A DNA stretch of 38,638 nt from an uncultured cyanobacterium. GTDB lineage: Bacteria > Cyanobacteriota > Cyanobacteriia > Leptolyngbyales > Leptolyngbyaceae. Under the pieces are notes generated by a model, which ran no database searches, was not told the origin of the DNA, and worked only from the letters and a program-made list of their open reading frames with translations. The stretch is taken from positions 1-38,638 of the forward strand of contig CAVYAN010000071.1 of the NCBI GenBank assembly GCA_963766075.1. Reading direction: 5' to 3'. The translations under genes and the position numbers were made by a program. Positions 28,987 through 37,713 of this stretch are shown here, in pieces. The stretch's first letter is position 1. Every line of letters begins with the position of its first letter.

Positions 28987-31347
28987 TCAATTTGGGTATA
29001 GATCGTCTAGTGGGGCAATGCGATCGCCTCCCATGGTTTGTGCCCAATCCAATGCTTCCCGCGCCGCGCGATACAAGGCTTGCAGATCCGCGCCATCCTC
29101 CGGATACTGCGCCAGTCCCGCACTCAAGGTTACCGAGAGGCGATCGCCCGCTGCCATTGTGAAGACGTGCTGCCGCCACCCCGCCAGGGTCAGCATTAAA
29201 CGCTGCCGCCCCTCTTGCCGCGTCATCCCATACATGCCAATCACAAATTCGTCCCCGCGCCAGCACGCCACCACATCTTCGCCATGAAACCCTTGCCGTA
29301 ATAAGTGTCCCAGCGCCCGTAATAGATCATCCCCAAGATCATGACCCATCGTGGCATTCACCCGCTGAAACTGATCCAACCCAAGGACCGCCAAGGTCAC
29401 GGGTTGATCATAGCGCTGGGCAAAGCCCAAAAATTCTTCGAGCATCTGGGTCGATTTTTGGCGGTTGGCCACGCCGGTGAGCCGATCAGTTTCTGCCAGT
29501 CGCCGCAGCAGCGCAATGCGCTCCAGACGATTCAGAATCCGCGTTACTAATTCGGGGCCAACCACAGGCTTACTCACAAAGTCATCTGCCCCCGCCGCAA
29601 ACACCTGGTTGATCACCTTTGCTTGGGCATGGGCCGTCAGAAACACGATCGGCAAGCCCGCCCAGCGGGAATCATGACGCACCACCTGACACAATTCAAT
29701 CCCGCTAATTTCAATGCCGCTGATTTGGGGCAATGCCACATCCAAGATCAATAAATCCGGGATACACGCCTCTAACGTTTCCCAAAACTTCTGAGGATCG
29801 GCTAAGGTTGTGACTTTTAAGCCCCAGGGCGTCAGCAAGGTTTTCAAGGCGGCGAGGAGTGCCGGATCATCATCCACCACCAGCACCTTGGCTTGTAAGC
29901 TATCGGCCTGTTTCAAAACCTGTAGCACTGTTTCCCAGACTTGCGCCGGGGTAACGGGCTTTTGAAGGACAATCCGCCCCCCATGGCGAACAATATTCAG
30001 GCGTTCCGTTAAGCGGATCGGGGCAGTCATCACGACCACGGGCACAGGGGGCACTCGATGACTCAGCTCTGCCAATAGGGTTAAGCCCGGTAGAGGATTG
30101 GGCTGATCCAAGTCCAGAAGAATGACTTGGGCCTCGTCGAGAGGAGGGGCAGTCGCGCCATGGCGATCGGCATTGCTGCTCGCCGTTGTGGTGCGCAGGC
30201 CATAGGATTCCGCCGTCTGGACTAGGGCAGCGGTAAAGGCGCGATCGCCATCTACCAGACAGATCAGAGGATGGGGCTCTTCCCCACTAGTAACCGGGAC
30301 GGGACGGGTCGCCTTGGCTGCCCGCTGCACTTCCTGGCGCAGCGCAATCACGAGTTTTCGCAGCTTTTTGAGGGTTTTTGCAGTGTCCCGGTGTTCTGAC
30401 TGCCATAGATCCTCGATAGCGCGAGCAATCTGCGAACCTTTGGCCAAACCAAACGTACCGAGGGATCCGGCCAGGGTATGGGCCTGCTGCTGGGCCTGCT
30501 GCTGCAAATCCGCAGACAGTTGGTGCTGACCGAGGGCCGTCACCGCTGTCTCCAGCACCGTCACTTGCTCGCTGACTCGATCGCCCATCCGCTGCCATAC
30601 GCCAGCAATCAAGGCCAGGGTTTGCTGCTGGGTGACCTCGGCAAGCGCTGCCGATCCCAAGGATGCCAACGGCTCTAAGGCATGGAGTCGATAGCCGATG
30701 CCATACACCGTTTCGATTAAATCCGTGGCGGCACCTGCGGCTTTTAATTTCTGCCGCAGCCCCTTGATGTGGGTGCGCACCGCATCCTCGCCTGGAGCCT
30801 CCTCATAGGCCCAAAGGTGTTCTAAAATTGCGCCACAGCTAAACACCCGCCGACTGTTGCGCAAAAACAGCTCTAGTAGGGCATATTCCTTAGGCGTCAG
30901 GGCCAGCAGAGTTTCGCCATAGGTCACTTTGCAATCTCGAGGGTCCAGGCAGAGTTGCCCCCAGGTGAGCAGAGGGTGAGCGATCGCCCCCGCCCGCCGC
31001 AACAAGGCCCGAATCCGCGCCACCAATTCTTCTGGATCAAAGGGTTTTACAACGTAGTCATCCGCCCCGGCATCAAGGCCAATCGCCTTATCATGGTGGC
31101 TGTCGCAGCCAGTCAGCAGCAGAATGGGCATGGTGTAGCCCTGTGATCGCGCCATCTGGCAGAGTTGAACGCCATCCAGCTTGGGCAACACCACATCCAA
31201 CAAGATCAAGTCATAATCAAACGCCTCGATCAGCGCCCAACCCGCCTGTCCGTCCGCCGCAACTTCCACCGCGTAGTTATGCTGGGTCAGCACTGTAGAT
31301 AGTGCCTGTGCCACTAATGCATCATCCTCAATCACGAGTAGTTTCAT
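28987..31347 (-). CDS. Multidomain response regulator: REC - OmpR wHTH - Hpt - REC - REC - degenerate GGDEF (RcaC-like architecture)
   Basis: LVIEDD/LLDVVLP/KPF; LTPKEYALLE...IETVYGIGYRL; AHTLAGSLGTFG (Hpt His); two further receivers; TDRLTGVANR...WRGDEF...SAGLAQYP. ATG at 31347. Confidence 0.92.
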   Translation of the reverse strand: MKLLVIEDDALVAQALSTVLTQHNYAVEVAADGQAGWALIEAFDYDLILLDVVLPKLDGVQLCQMARSQGYTMPILLLTGCDSHHDKAIGLDAGADDYVVKPFDPEELVARIRALLRRAGAIAHPLLTWGQLCLDPRDCKVTYGETLLALTPKEYALLELFLRNSRRVFSCGAILEHLWAYEEAPGEDAVRTHIKGLRQKLKAAGAATDLIETVYGIGYRLHALEPLASLGSAALAEVTQQQTLALIAGVWQRMGDRVSEQVTVLETAVTALGQHQLSADLQQQAQQQAHTLAGSLGTFGLAKGSQIARAIEDLWQSEHRDTAKTLKKLRKLVIALRQEVQRAAKATRPVPVTSGEEPHPLICLVDGDRAFTAALVQTAESYGLRTTTASSNADRHGATAPPLDEAQVILLDLDQPNPLPGLTLLAELSHRVPPVPVVVMTAPIRLTERLNIVRHGGRIVLQKPVTPAQVWETVLQVLKQADSLQAKVLVVDDDPALLAALKTLLTPWGLKVTTLADPQKFWETLEACIPDLLILDVALPQISGIEISGIELCQVVRHDSRWAGLPIVFLTAHAQAKVINQVFAAGADDFVSKPVVGPELVTRILNRLERIALLRRLAETDRLTGVANRQKSTQMLEEFLGFAQRYDQPVTLAVLGLDQFQRVNATMGHDLGDDLLRALGHLLRQGFHGEDVVACWRGDEFVIGMYGMTRQEGRQRLMLTLAGWRQHVFTMAAGDRLSVTLSAGLAQYPEDGADLQALYRAAREALDWAQTMGGDRIAPLDDLYPN

Positions 31348-31454
31348 CGGCACCGAAAAAAGAAGGGCAGTGGAAAAGGCGCGCGATCGGACGTTGACCG
31401 TCCCAATTTAGCAATTGGCTATGCTCAAAATAGATATCTGTGTTCTAACGATAG

Positions 31455-32939
31455 CTATGCCCCAAAGAGCTTGACCACGGCAGGTTTGGTGACTTTTCCC
31501 ATGGCATTGCGGGGCAGTTCGGTAAGAGTCAAAATTCGGGTTGGCACTTTGTAAACGGCCAAATATTCTTTTGCCCAACTGCGGAAAGATTCCAAGGTCA
31601 GATCACAATCTGATTTTAGAACTAAGGCGGCACAGACGCGCTCACCCCACTCCGAATCAGCTACTCCCACCACGGCACACTCCTGAATATCAGGATGGGT
31701 GCGGAGCACGGCCTCAATTTCTAACGCCGAGACTTTATAGCCTCCCGTTTTGATGATATCAACGCTAATCCGTCCCAAAATGCGATAGCTACCCTGTTCA
31801 ACGATCGCCAGATCTCCCGTCCAAAACCAGCCCTCTTGAAAGGCTTTGGCGGTTGCTTCCGGTTTTTGCCAATATTCCAAAAAGACCCCCGGCCCCCGCA
31901 CTTGAATTTCTCCAGGGGTTCCGGCGGGCACAGGAACCCCGCTTTCATCCACCAACCTCACATCGACCTGAGGGAGAGGTGTCCCGACATAGCCTGCGCG
32001 GCGTTGGCCGTGCAAGGGGTTTGAGAGTGCCATGCCGATTTCGGTCATGCCATACCGCTCCAACAGGAAGTGCCCACTAATGGTTGCCCACTGCTCTAAT
32101 ACAGGCACGGGTAAGGCGGCTGAACCGGAAACCATTAATCGCATCCCGGCACAGGCGCGAGACAGGGCCTGTTGCCGATCGCGGGGAGCCCGTTCCCAGA
32201 CCGCAATCAATTTGGCATAGATGGTGGGAACAGCCATAAACAGCGTTAAATTTCCCGCGCTAATACGGTCCCAGACAGTCTCAGCCTCAAATTTGCTCAG
32301 CATGTGGCACTCGGCTCCCACCCACAAAGCACAGGTCAACACATTGACAATGCCGTGAATGTGATGCAACGGCAGGACATGCAGGATGCGATCGTCCGCT
32401 GTCCACTCCCATGCTGCCACTAGACTTGTAACCTGCGCCTGGATGATGTTGTGGGTGGTCACGACCCCTTTGGGTTTGCCAGTGGTGCCACTGGTGTAGA
32501 GAATTAAAGCCCGCCGGGTGGGATCGATGGCTGGGAGATCGCCTGTATCCACCGGAAGCGGTTCCGAAGTGAGGATAAAGCGTAGTTGATGCGCCTCGGC
32601 GATCGGACGCAAAATTGCTTCAAAGCAAGGATGGGCAACCACAATAGTTGCACCAGCGTTGGTAATGACATACTCCAGTTCGGGGCGGGGATGGGAGGGA
32701 CACAGGGGGACCGCAACGCCGCCCGCCCGCCAGATGCCCCATTGCATCGCGACATACTCAAAGCCGGGGGGAATCAGAAAAGCAACGCGCTGTTCTTGTA
32801 AATCGTTAGTTCCATTGAGCAGTTGAGTCGCGACTTGGCCAGAAAGGCAGAGGAGAGCCTGGTAGGTCAGTTGACCCTCAGCGGTAACGATCGCAATTCT
32901 TTCACCATGTTCGTGCGCGCGGGTAACGAGAGGAATCAC
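31455..32939 (-). CDS. Acyl-CoA synthetase, malonyl-CoA synthetase (MatB/ACSF3)-like
   Basis: YTSGTTGKPKGV, LHVLPLHHIHG, FMAVPTIY, MVSGSAAL, ERYGMTEIGM, TGD, DIIKTGGYKVSALEIE, PRNAMGKV. GTG at 32939 preferred because the upstream extension runs through a 16-bp repeat. Confidence 0.88.
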   Translation of the reverse strand: MIPLVTRAHEHGERIAIVTAEGQLTYQALLCLSGQVATQLLNGTNDLQEQRVAFLIPPGFEYVAMQWGIWRAGGVAVPLCPSHPRPELEYVITNAGATIVVAHPCFEAILRPIAEAHQLRFILTSEPLPVDTGDLPAIDPTRRALILYTSGTTGKPKGVVTTHNIIQAQVTSLVAAWEWTADDRILHVLPLHHIHGIVNVLTCALWVGAECHMLSKFEAETVWDRISAGNLTLFMAVPTIYAKLIAVWERAPRDRQQALSRACAGMRLMVSGSAALPVPVLEQWATISGHFLLERYGMTEIGMALSNPLHGQRRAGYVGTPLPQVDVRLVDESGVPVPAGTPGEIQVRGPGVFLEYWQKPEATAKAFQEGWFWTGDLAIVEQGSYRILGRISVDIIKTGGYKVSALEIEAVLRTHPDIQECAVVGVADSEWGERVCAALVLKSDCDLTLESFRSWAKEYLAVYKVPTRILTLTELPRNAMGKVTKPAVVKLFGA

Positions 32940-32965
32940 AGGAATTAACCAGCGTAGGATGGATG

Positions 32966-33007
32966 GAGAGCAACTTGGGTTGAGAGCAACTTGGGTTGAG
33001 AGCAACT
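32966..33007. repeat. 16-bp tandem repeat GAGAGCAACTTGGGTT x2.6
   Basis: Units 32966-32981, 32982-32997 and a partial unit at 32998-33007. Confidence 0.9.
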
Positions 33008-33128
33008 CTTGAAATCATATCGGATGATTGCTAACCCCGCACGCGCCCAGCTGCCGGAGTGCCAGCGAAATCTAGGAGGGTTTCGACTACGCTTTTGTAT
33101 GCGGTGATTGCATGCGGTGATCAAGAGT

Positions 33129-34181
33129 TTATAGGGCCGCGATCGCGGCGACTACTCCACCGCCAGCAGGGCCTTGATGCTCTGCGCCACCCGAAACATA
33201 CACCCTTGGATCCTGTAACACAGAAGCCACCACGGCTCCCACCACTGCCCTTGCCATGCGGGTATGGTTAATATCTGAATCATCCAGCATGGTATGCCGG
33301 CATCCCAGCATACTGCCGGATGGATCGGCTTCCGCTTTGGCAAACACATTCACAATCTGGCTTACAGGCTGCTGCGTGTTGGCGATCGCCTGTTTGACGG
33401 CTGCTGCATCGAGCGCATGCTGCATGACACTATGCCCAATCACAAACTCACTGGTAGACGTAGTTGCATTCCCGAGCACAATAATTTCACAATTCCGGAG
33501 CTCAATGCCCGCCGAAGTGGAAGCCACTGAGGAATAGAGCGAATAGTTCGTACAAATATCTGAGGTTTGCAGCCCAGCGCGGGCAACTTCCCCCAAGGCC
33601 ACCGCCACGCCCAAGGCCGATGCTCCGCGTGAGTATGCCATTGATTTATAGCTATCCTGGGTTCGCAACGGTTGAGAGTCCAACCCGGTGCGAGAAGAGG
33701 CAATTAGGGGGCATTTAATTTGCACAAAATGCACATCCTGGGGGTTGAGTTCAGCATCCGTCATAGCGGCTTGAACGGCGATCTCGACCGCATCAACCAT
33801 GGCCAAGGTGCCGATCTCTTCGGGCAAGAAATCCCGCGTGCGGCTAATGCCTAAAACTAACCCCCGGTGCGGTGTTGCCTCGGGTGGCGAGGGTTGGCGG
33901 GTAAATAACGTCAGGTGAGGACTCAGCACGCCCTCTGTTCCGCCTGACATGACATAAACAATTTGCTCAGCAGACTCTTTGCCAATGTGGGCGCTTAAAT
34001 AATGCTTCAGTGTTTGGACGGCAAAACCTCGTGTAAAGTCATTGACACAGCCATTTCCTTCGGTCTTGCCAAGAATGGCCACCAGTGTTGTGGGATCTAA
34101 GACCTGAGTTTGAATCAGACGTTCCAATCCAGACAGATCGTCAGGACTGGCTTGGGAAATTTTGAAGACGTTGACTTTCAT
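33129..34181 (-). CDS. atzD: Ring-opening amidohydrolase of the cyanuric acid hydrolase / barbiturase family, with cyanuric-acid-hydrolase-type motifs
   Basis: GKTEGNGCVNDFTR, VMSGGTEG.LSPH, HFVQIKCPL, SMAYSRGASALG, ASTSAG, FAKAEAD, RHTMLDDSDI, YVSGGAEHQGPAGGG; TATACT -10 on the minus strand at 34208-34213. Confidence 0.92.
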   Translation of the reverse strand: MKVNVFKISQASPDDLSGLERLIQTQVLDPTTLVAILGKTEGNGCVNDFTRGFAVQTLKHYLSAHIGKESAEQIVYVMSGGTEGVLSPHLTLFTRQPSPPEATPHRGLVLGISRTRDFLPEEIGTLAMVDAVEIAVQAAMTDAELNPQDVHFVQIKCPLIASSRTGLDSQPLRTQDSYKSMAYSRGASALGVAVALGEVARAGLQTSDICTNYSLYSSVASTSAGIELRNCEIIVLGNATTSTSEFVIGHSVMQHALDAAAVKQAIANTQQPVSQIVNVFAKAEADPSGSMLGCRHTMLDDSDINHTRMARAVVGAVVASVLQDPRVYVSGGAEHQGPAGGGVVAAIAAL

Positions 34182-34309
34182 GATGCGAAGATGGCACGAC
34201 TCGGTCTAGTATAGCGATCGCCCCGCGTTCTCCCCGACTCATCCTTTCTCATTCAAGCAGCAGTTCGCGATCGCGGGTCTTGAGATTACATCTATCGCAA
34301 AACTATTCG

Positions 34310-35593
34310 ATGAAAAAATCACGTAATTCCCCGCGTCAGGATGCATTTGCAGCCCTCCGGTTTCGAGACTTTCGCCTGTTTTTTGCCGCACGCATCCTGT
34401 TGTTTATGGGATTTCAAATGCAAAGCGTGGCGATCGGCTGGGAACTGTACGAGCGCACGGGTTCTGCCTTAGTGTTAGGCACCGTTGGTTTAGTGCAATT
34501 TTTACCTGTGTTGCTGCTGACGCTGTTTTCCGGACATCTGGCCGATCGCTACGATCGCCAACGCACCGTTCTCGTGATGGCTCTGATCCTAGCCCTCTGT
34601 TCCCTGGGGATCGCGGTGTTATCGGTGCTCAAGGGCCCGTTGATATTGATCTATGGCTGTTTGCTGGTGACGGGCATGGCCCGCGCCTTTAACAAACCAG
34701 CGGGGGATGCCCTGATGTGGCAGTTGATCCCGACCCAGGTTTACACCAATGCTGCCACCTGGAGTAGCAGCAGTTTTCAATTGGCCTCCATGTTGGGACC
34801 CGCCGTCGGGGGACTTGTGATTGCCTTACAAGGAAAAGCGACCGGGGTGTATTCCCTGGTGGTGCTCTCTTTCCTCCTCTGCCTCACCCTGATTGCCCTA
34901 ATCAAACCGCCTAAAACTGGGTATTCTGGTGAACCCTTGTCGATCGCCGCGATCGCCGCTGGCGCAAAATTTGTCTGGCAAAATCAAACGATTCTAGCTG
35001 CCATCACCCTCGACATGTTTGCCGTTTTGCTGGGCGGGGCCACGGCTTTACTGCCCATTTTCGCCAAGGATATTTTGCAGGTTGGGCCAGCACAACTGGG
35101 ATGGATGCAAGCCGCACCATCGATTGGGGCCTTGTTCATGGCCGTGACGTTAGCGCACCTCCCGCCCCTACGGCGCGCTGGTCCAACATTGTTGGGGGCG
35201 GTGATTGGCTTTGGCATCGCCACTATTATCTTTGGGCTATCCCGCTGGCTCTGGTTGTCCTTATTAATGTTGGTGCTGCTCGGCGCACTGGACAACATTA
35301 GTGTGGTAATTCGGCAAACGCTGGTGCAGATTCGCACCCCGGATCAGTTGCGGGGCCGAGTTTCTGCGATCAACGGCATTTTCATTACCACATCCAATGA
35401 GTTGGGCAGTTTTGAGTCTGGAGTGGCCGCTGCGTTGTTTGGGCCTGTGTTAGCTGTAGTGGGGGGTGGGATCGGCACAATTGCTGTGGTGATTATTGCC
35501 GCCTTTGTTTTTCCCGAAATTCGCAAATTAGGATCTCTGTATGAGCATCCTCCCTATCCACAGCCTCCTGAAGCCCAGCCTAAGATGCAGTAA
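34310..35593 (+). CDS. MFS transporter (EntS/DHA3-like)
   Basis: About 12 TM helices, GHLADRYDRQR motif A, LGPAVGG, LDMFAVLLGGATALLP, TPDQLRGRV; divergent from the atzD-like gene. Confidence 0.9.
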   Translation: MKKSRNSPRQDAFAALRFRDFRLFFAARILLFMGFQMQSVAIGWELYERTGSALVLGTVGLVQFLPVLLLTLFSGHLADRYDRQRTVLVMALILALCSLGIAVLSVLKGPLILIYGCLLVTGMARAFNKPAGDALMWQLIPTQVYTNAATWSSSSFQLASMLGPAVGGLVIALQGKATGVYSLVVLSFLLCLTLIALIKPPKTGYSGEPLSIAAIAAGAKFVWQNQTILAAITLDMFAVLLGGATALLPIFAKDILQVGPAQLGWMQAAPSIGALFMAVTLAHLPPLRRAGPTLLGAVIGFGIATIIFGLSRWLWLSLLMLVLLGALDNISVVIRQTLVQIRTPDQLRGRVSAINGIFITTSNELGSFESGVAAALFGPVLAVVGGGIGTIAVVIIAAFVFPEIRKLGSLYEHPPYPQPPEAQPKMQ

Positions 35594-35649
35594 CAGGGCC
35601 AGTGAAGAACAGGGGAAATTTAAAGGGCAACGCTTGTGCCATCCGTTGC

Positions 35650-35727
35650 ACCCACCCCTAACCCCCTAGGAGGGGAATGCTCGAAAATATCCCCTCCTGG
35701 GAGGGGTGCCCGCAGGGCGGGGTGGGT
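35650..35727. repeat. GC-rich nested palindrome (REP-like) between convergent MFS and tlyA genes
   Basis: Outer ACCCACCCC (35650-35658) / GGGGTGGGT (35719-35727); inner AGGAGGGGA (35668-35676) / TCCCCTCCT (35690-35698). Confidence 0.7.
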
Positions 35728-35783
35728 CAACCTCGGCAACCACAGAGAGGCGATCACGATCGCTGAGTAGTTACAGTTCAACA

Positions 35784-36617
35784 TTAAAAATTTCTGCTGG
35801 GACTGAGCGCTTGCTGGGCATCTTGCGTCAGATGTAATAGCAGCTTTATATCGGGCGGCGGCACAGGGCTGGCATCAGCTTCGGTCAGCCACAGCAGGTA
35901 TTCAATATTACCCGCCGGACCCACGAGGGGGGACCAAGTGATTCCACGATCGCACCAGCCCAGGGATCGGGCGGCCATTAGCACCTGTTCAATGGCCATG
36001 GCCTGATCCTTGGGATCCCGAACCACGCCATTTTTACCGATGCGATCGCGGCCCACCTCAAACTGGGGTTTGACCAACAGCACGGCCTCGCGGGGCGATC
36101 GCAGCAACTGCCACAGCGCCTCCAGCACCTTAGTCAAAGAAATAAACGAGACATCCACCACGCATAGATCGGCCAAAGGCATCGGCCCGCCATACAGTGC
36201 CTCCACAGTCAAGCGGCGGAGGTTTGTGCGTTCGTGCAGGGTGACGCGATCGTCCTGTCGCAGAGACCACGCCACTTGGCCATAGCCCACATCCACGCCA
36301 TACACATGTTGCGCTCCGGCTTGCAGTAGGCAGTCTGTAAATCCCCCCGTCGAAATACCGCCATCCAGACAAATGCGTCCAGAAACCGCAACGCCAAAAT
36401 GAGCGATCGCCTTGGCTAGTTTTTCTCCGCCTCGTGACACATAGGGCGATCGCTGCTTCACCTGGATCTGAGCAGCCACATCAACATCCATGCCGGGTTT
36501 ATCAAAGACTTGGTGATTAACCATCACTTCCCCGGCCCGAATCAGCCGCTGGGCCTGCTGGCGGCTATCGCAGAGTCCAAGGTCTACCAGTAGAGTGTCG
36601 AGGCGTTGTTTAGGCAA
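35784..36617 (-). CDS. tlyA: TlyA-family RNA 2'-O-methyltransferase (S4 + FtsJ domains)
   Basis: KQRLDTLL (S4), YVSRGGEKL, LDGGISTGGFTDCLLQ, DVGYGQ, DVSFISL, LVKPQFE, GNIEYL. Confidence 0.95.
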   Translation of the reverse strand: MPKQRLDTLLVDLGLCDSRQQAQRLIRAGEVMVNHQVFDKPGMDVDVAAQIQVKQRSPYVSRGGEKLAKAIAHFGVAVSGRICLDGGISTGGFTDCLLQAGAQHVYGVDVGYGQVAWSLRQDDRVTLHERTNLRRLTVEALYGGPMPLADLCVVDVSFISLTKVLEALWQLLRSPREAVLLVKPQFEVGRDRIGKNGVVRDPKDQAMAIEQVLMAARSLGWCDRGITWSPLVGPAGNIEYLLWLTEADASPVPPPDIKLLLHLTQDAQQALSPSRNF

Positions 36618-36695
36618 GGCGGAGAATTTGGGGGAATGGGATGGTGAGCGTGCGGCTGAATTGAAAATTCAGGTCACGCATCGCTGGCGCAGCCT

Positions 36696-36805
36696 GTTGA
36701 CTGGACGGTTGACTGGGCGGTTGACTGGGCAGTTGGCTGGGCGGTTGGCTGGGCGGTTGGCTGGGCAGTTATTTCAAGTGCAATTTTCTTTCAAGTGCAA
36801 TTTTC
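36696..36805. repeat. 12-bp minisatellite x6 next to a 17-bp exact duplication
   Basis: GTTG(A/G)CTGG(G/A)C(G/A) units from 36696 to 36767; TTTCAAGTGCAATTTTC at 36772-36788 and 36789-36805. Confidence 0.92.
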
Positions 36806-37637
36806 GCTTTGCCTGCTGCCACAGGTCTTCTAGCTCTGCCAAACTATAGGCCGAAAGCGGGCGATCAGCAACGGCTTCCATTTGCTCCAGACGCTGGATA
36901 AAGCGCTGATTGGTGCCGTGAATAGCGGCATCGGCATCCAGATCGTACCAGCGGGCAAGGTTGATCAGGGTGAAGAACAGATCACCCAATTCGGCTTGTT
37001 GATGGGCAGGGGATTCGGTGGCGATCGCCGCCTGAAACTCAGCCAACTCTTCGCGAAATTTATCCCACACGCCGTCTACACTTTCCCATTCAAAGCCTGC
37101 GGCAGCAGCTTTCTGAGAAATTTTGACCGCCGCAGACAGCGGGGGCAGCGATCGCCCATAGCGCCGTAACTTCTGGCTCAGAGACGGCTCCACCTGGGGA
37201 TCTTCTCCCCGTTCGACGGCTTTAATCTGTTCCCAGTTGCGATGGATATCGTCGAGACTGTCTACGGAAGCCCCAGCAAACACATGGGGGTGGCGGCGGA
37301 TCAGCTTGGCCGTAATGCCTTGGGCCACATCCCGCAGACTAAATTGGTTGGCCTCACTGGCCATTTGGGCCTGTAATACCACCTGCAACAGCAAGTCTCC
37401 CAATTCATCACACAGGGCTGCCGATGACCCTGTTCGCAGCGCATCCACGACTTCATAGGCTTCCTCAATCACGTAGGGAATTAAGGTTTGGGGAGTTTGG
37501 GCCAGATCCCAGGGGCAGCCATCGGTGGGCGATCGCAACCGCGCCACCACATCAACCAAATGCTGAATAGCATTGAATAATTCCGAGTCCGAGGTAGAGA
37601 GAGGCACAGAACGCGCCGACTGAAAGTCCATAGACAT
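36774..37637 (-). CDS. mazG: Nucleoside triphosphate pyrophosphohydrolase MazG
   Basis: RLRSPTDGCPWD..QT, EEAYEV, ELGDLLLQV, KLIRRHPHVF, second domain EELAEF...ELGDLFF, RFIQR, LWQQAK. Start uncertain (37631-37649). Confidence 0.95.
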   Translation of the reverse strand: MSMDFQSARSVPLSTSDSELFNAIQHLVDVVARLRSPTDGCPWDLAQTPQTLIPYVIEEAYEVVDALRTGSSAALCDELGDLLLQVVLQAQMASEANQFSLRDVAQGITAKLIRRHPHVFAGASVDSLDDIHRNWEQIKAVERGEDPQVEPSLSQKLRRYGRSLPPLSAAVKISQKAAAAGFEWESVDGVWDKFREELAEFQAAIATESPAHQQAELGDLFFTLINLARWYDLDADAAIHGTNQRFIQRLEQMEAVADRPLSAYSLAELEDLWQQAKRKLHLKENCT

Positions 37638-37713
37638 TACAAGGAGCACCGTTGATTATTCTAAGTTTTACAGGGTTTCAGAGAGGTTTAGGCTTTGGAC
37701 TTTATTCCCAGAT

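Noticed and set aside
34182..34309. NtcA box upstream of the atzD-like gene
   Set aside because: No GTA-N8-TAC found on manual inspection.
36595..36849. ORF with LTGRLTGRLAGR repeats
   Set aside because: Translation of the 12-bp minisatellite, antisense to and overlapping tlyA and mazG.
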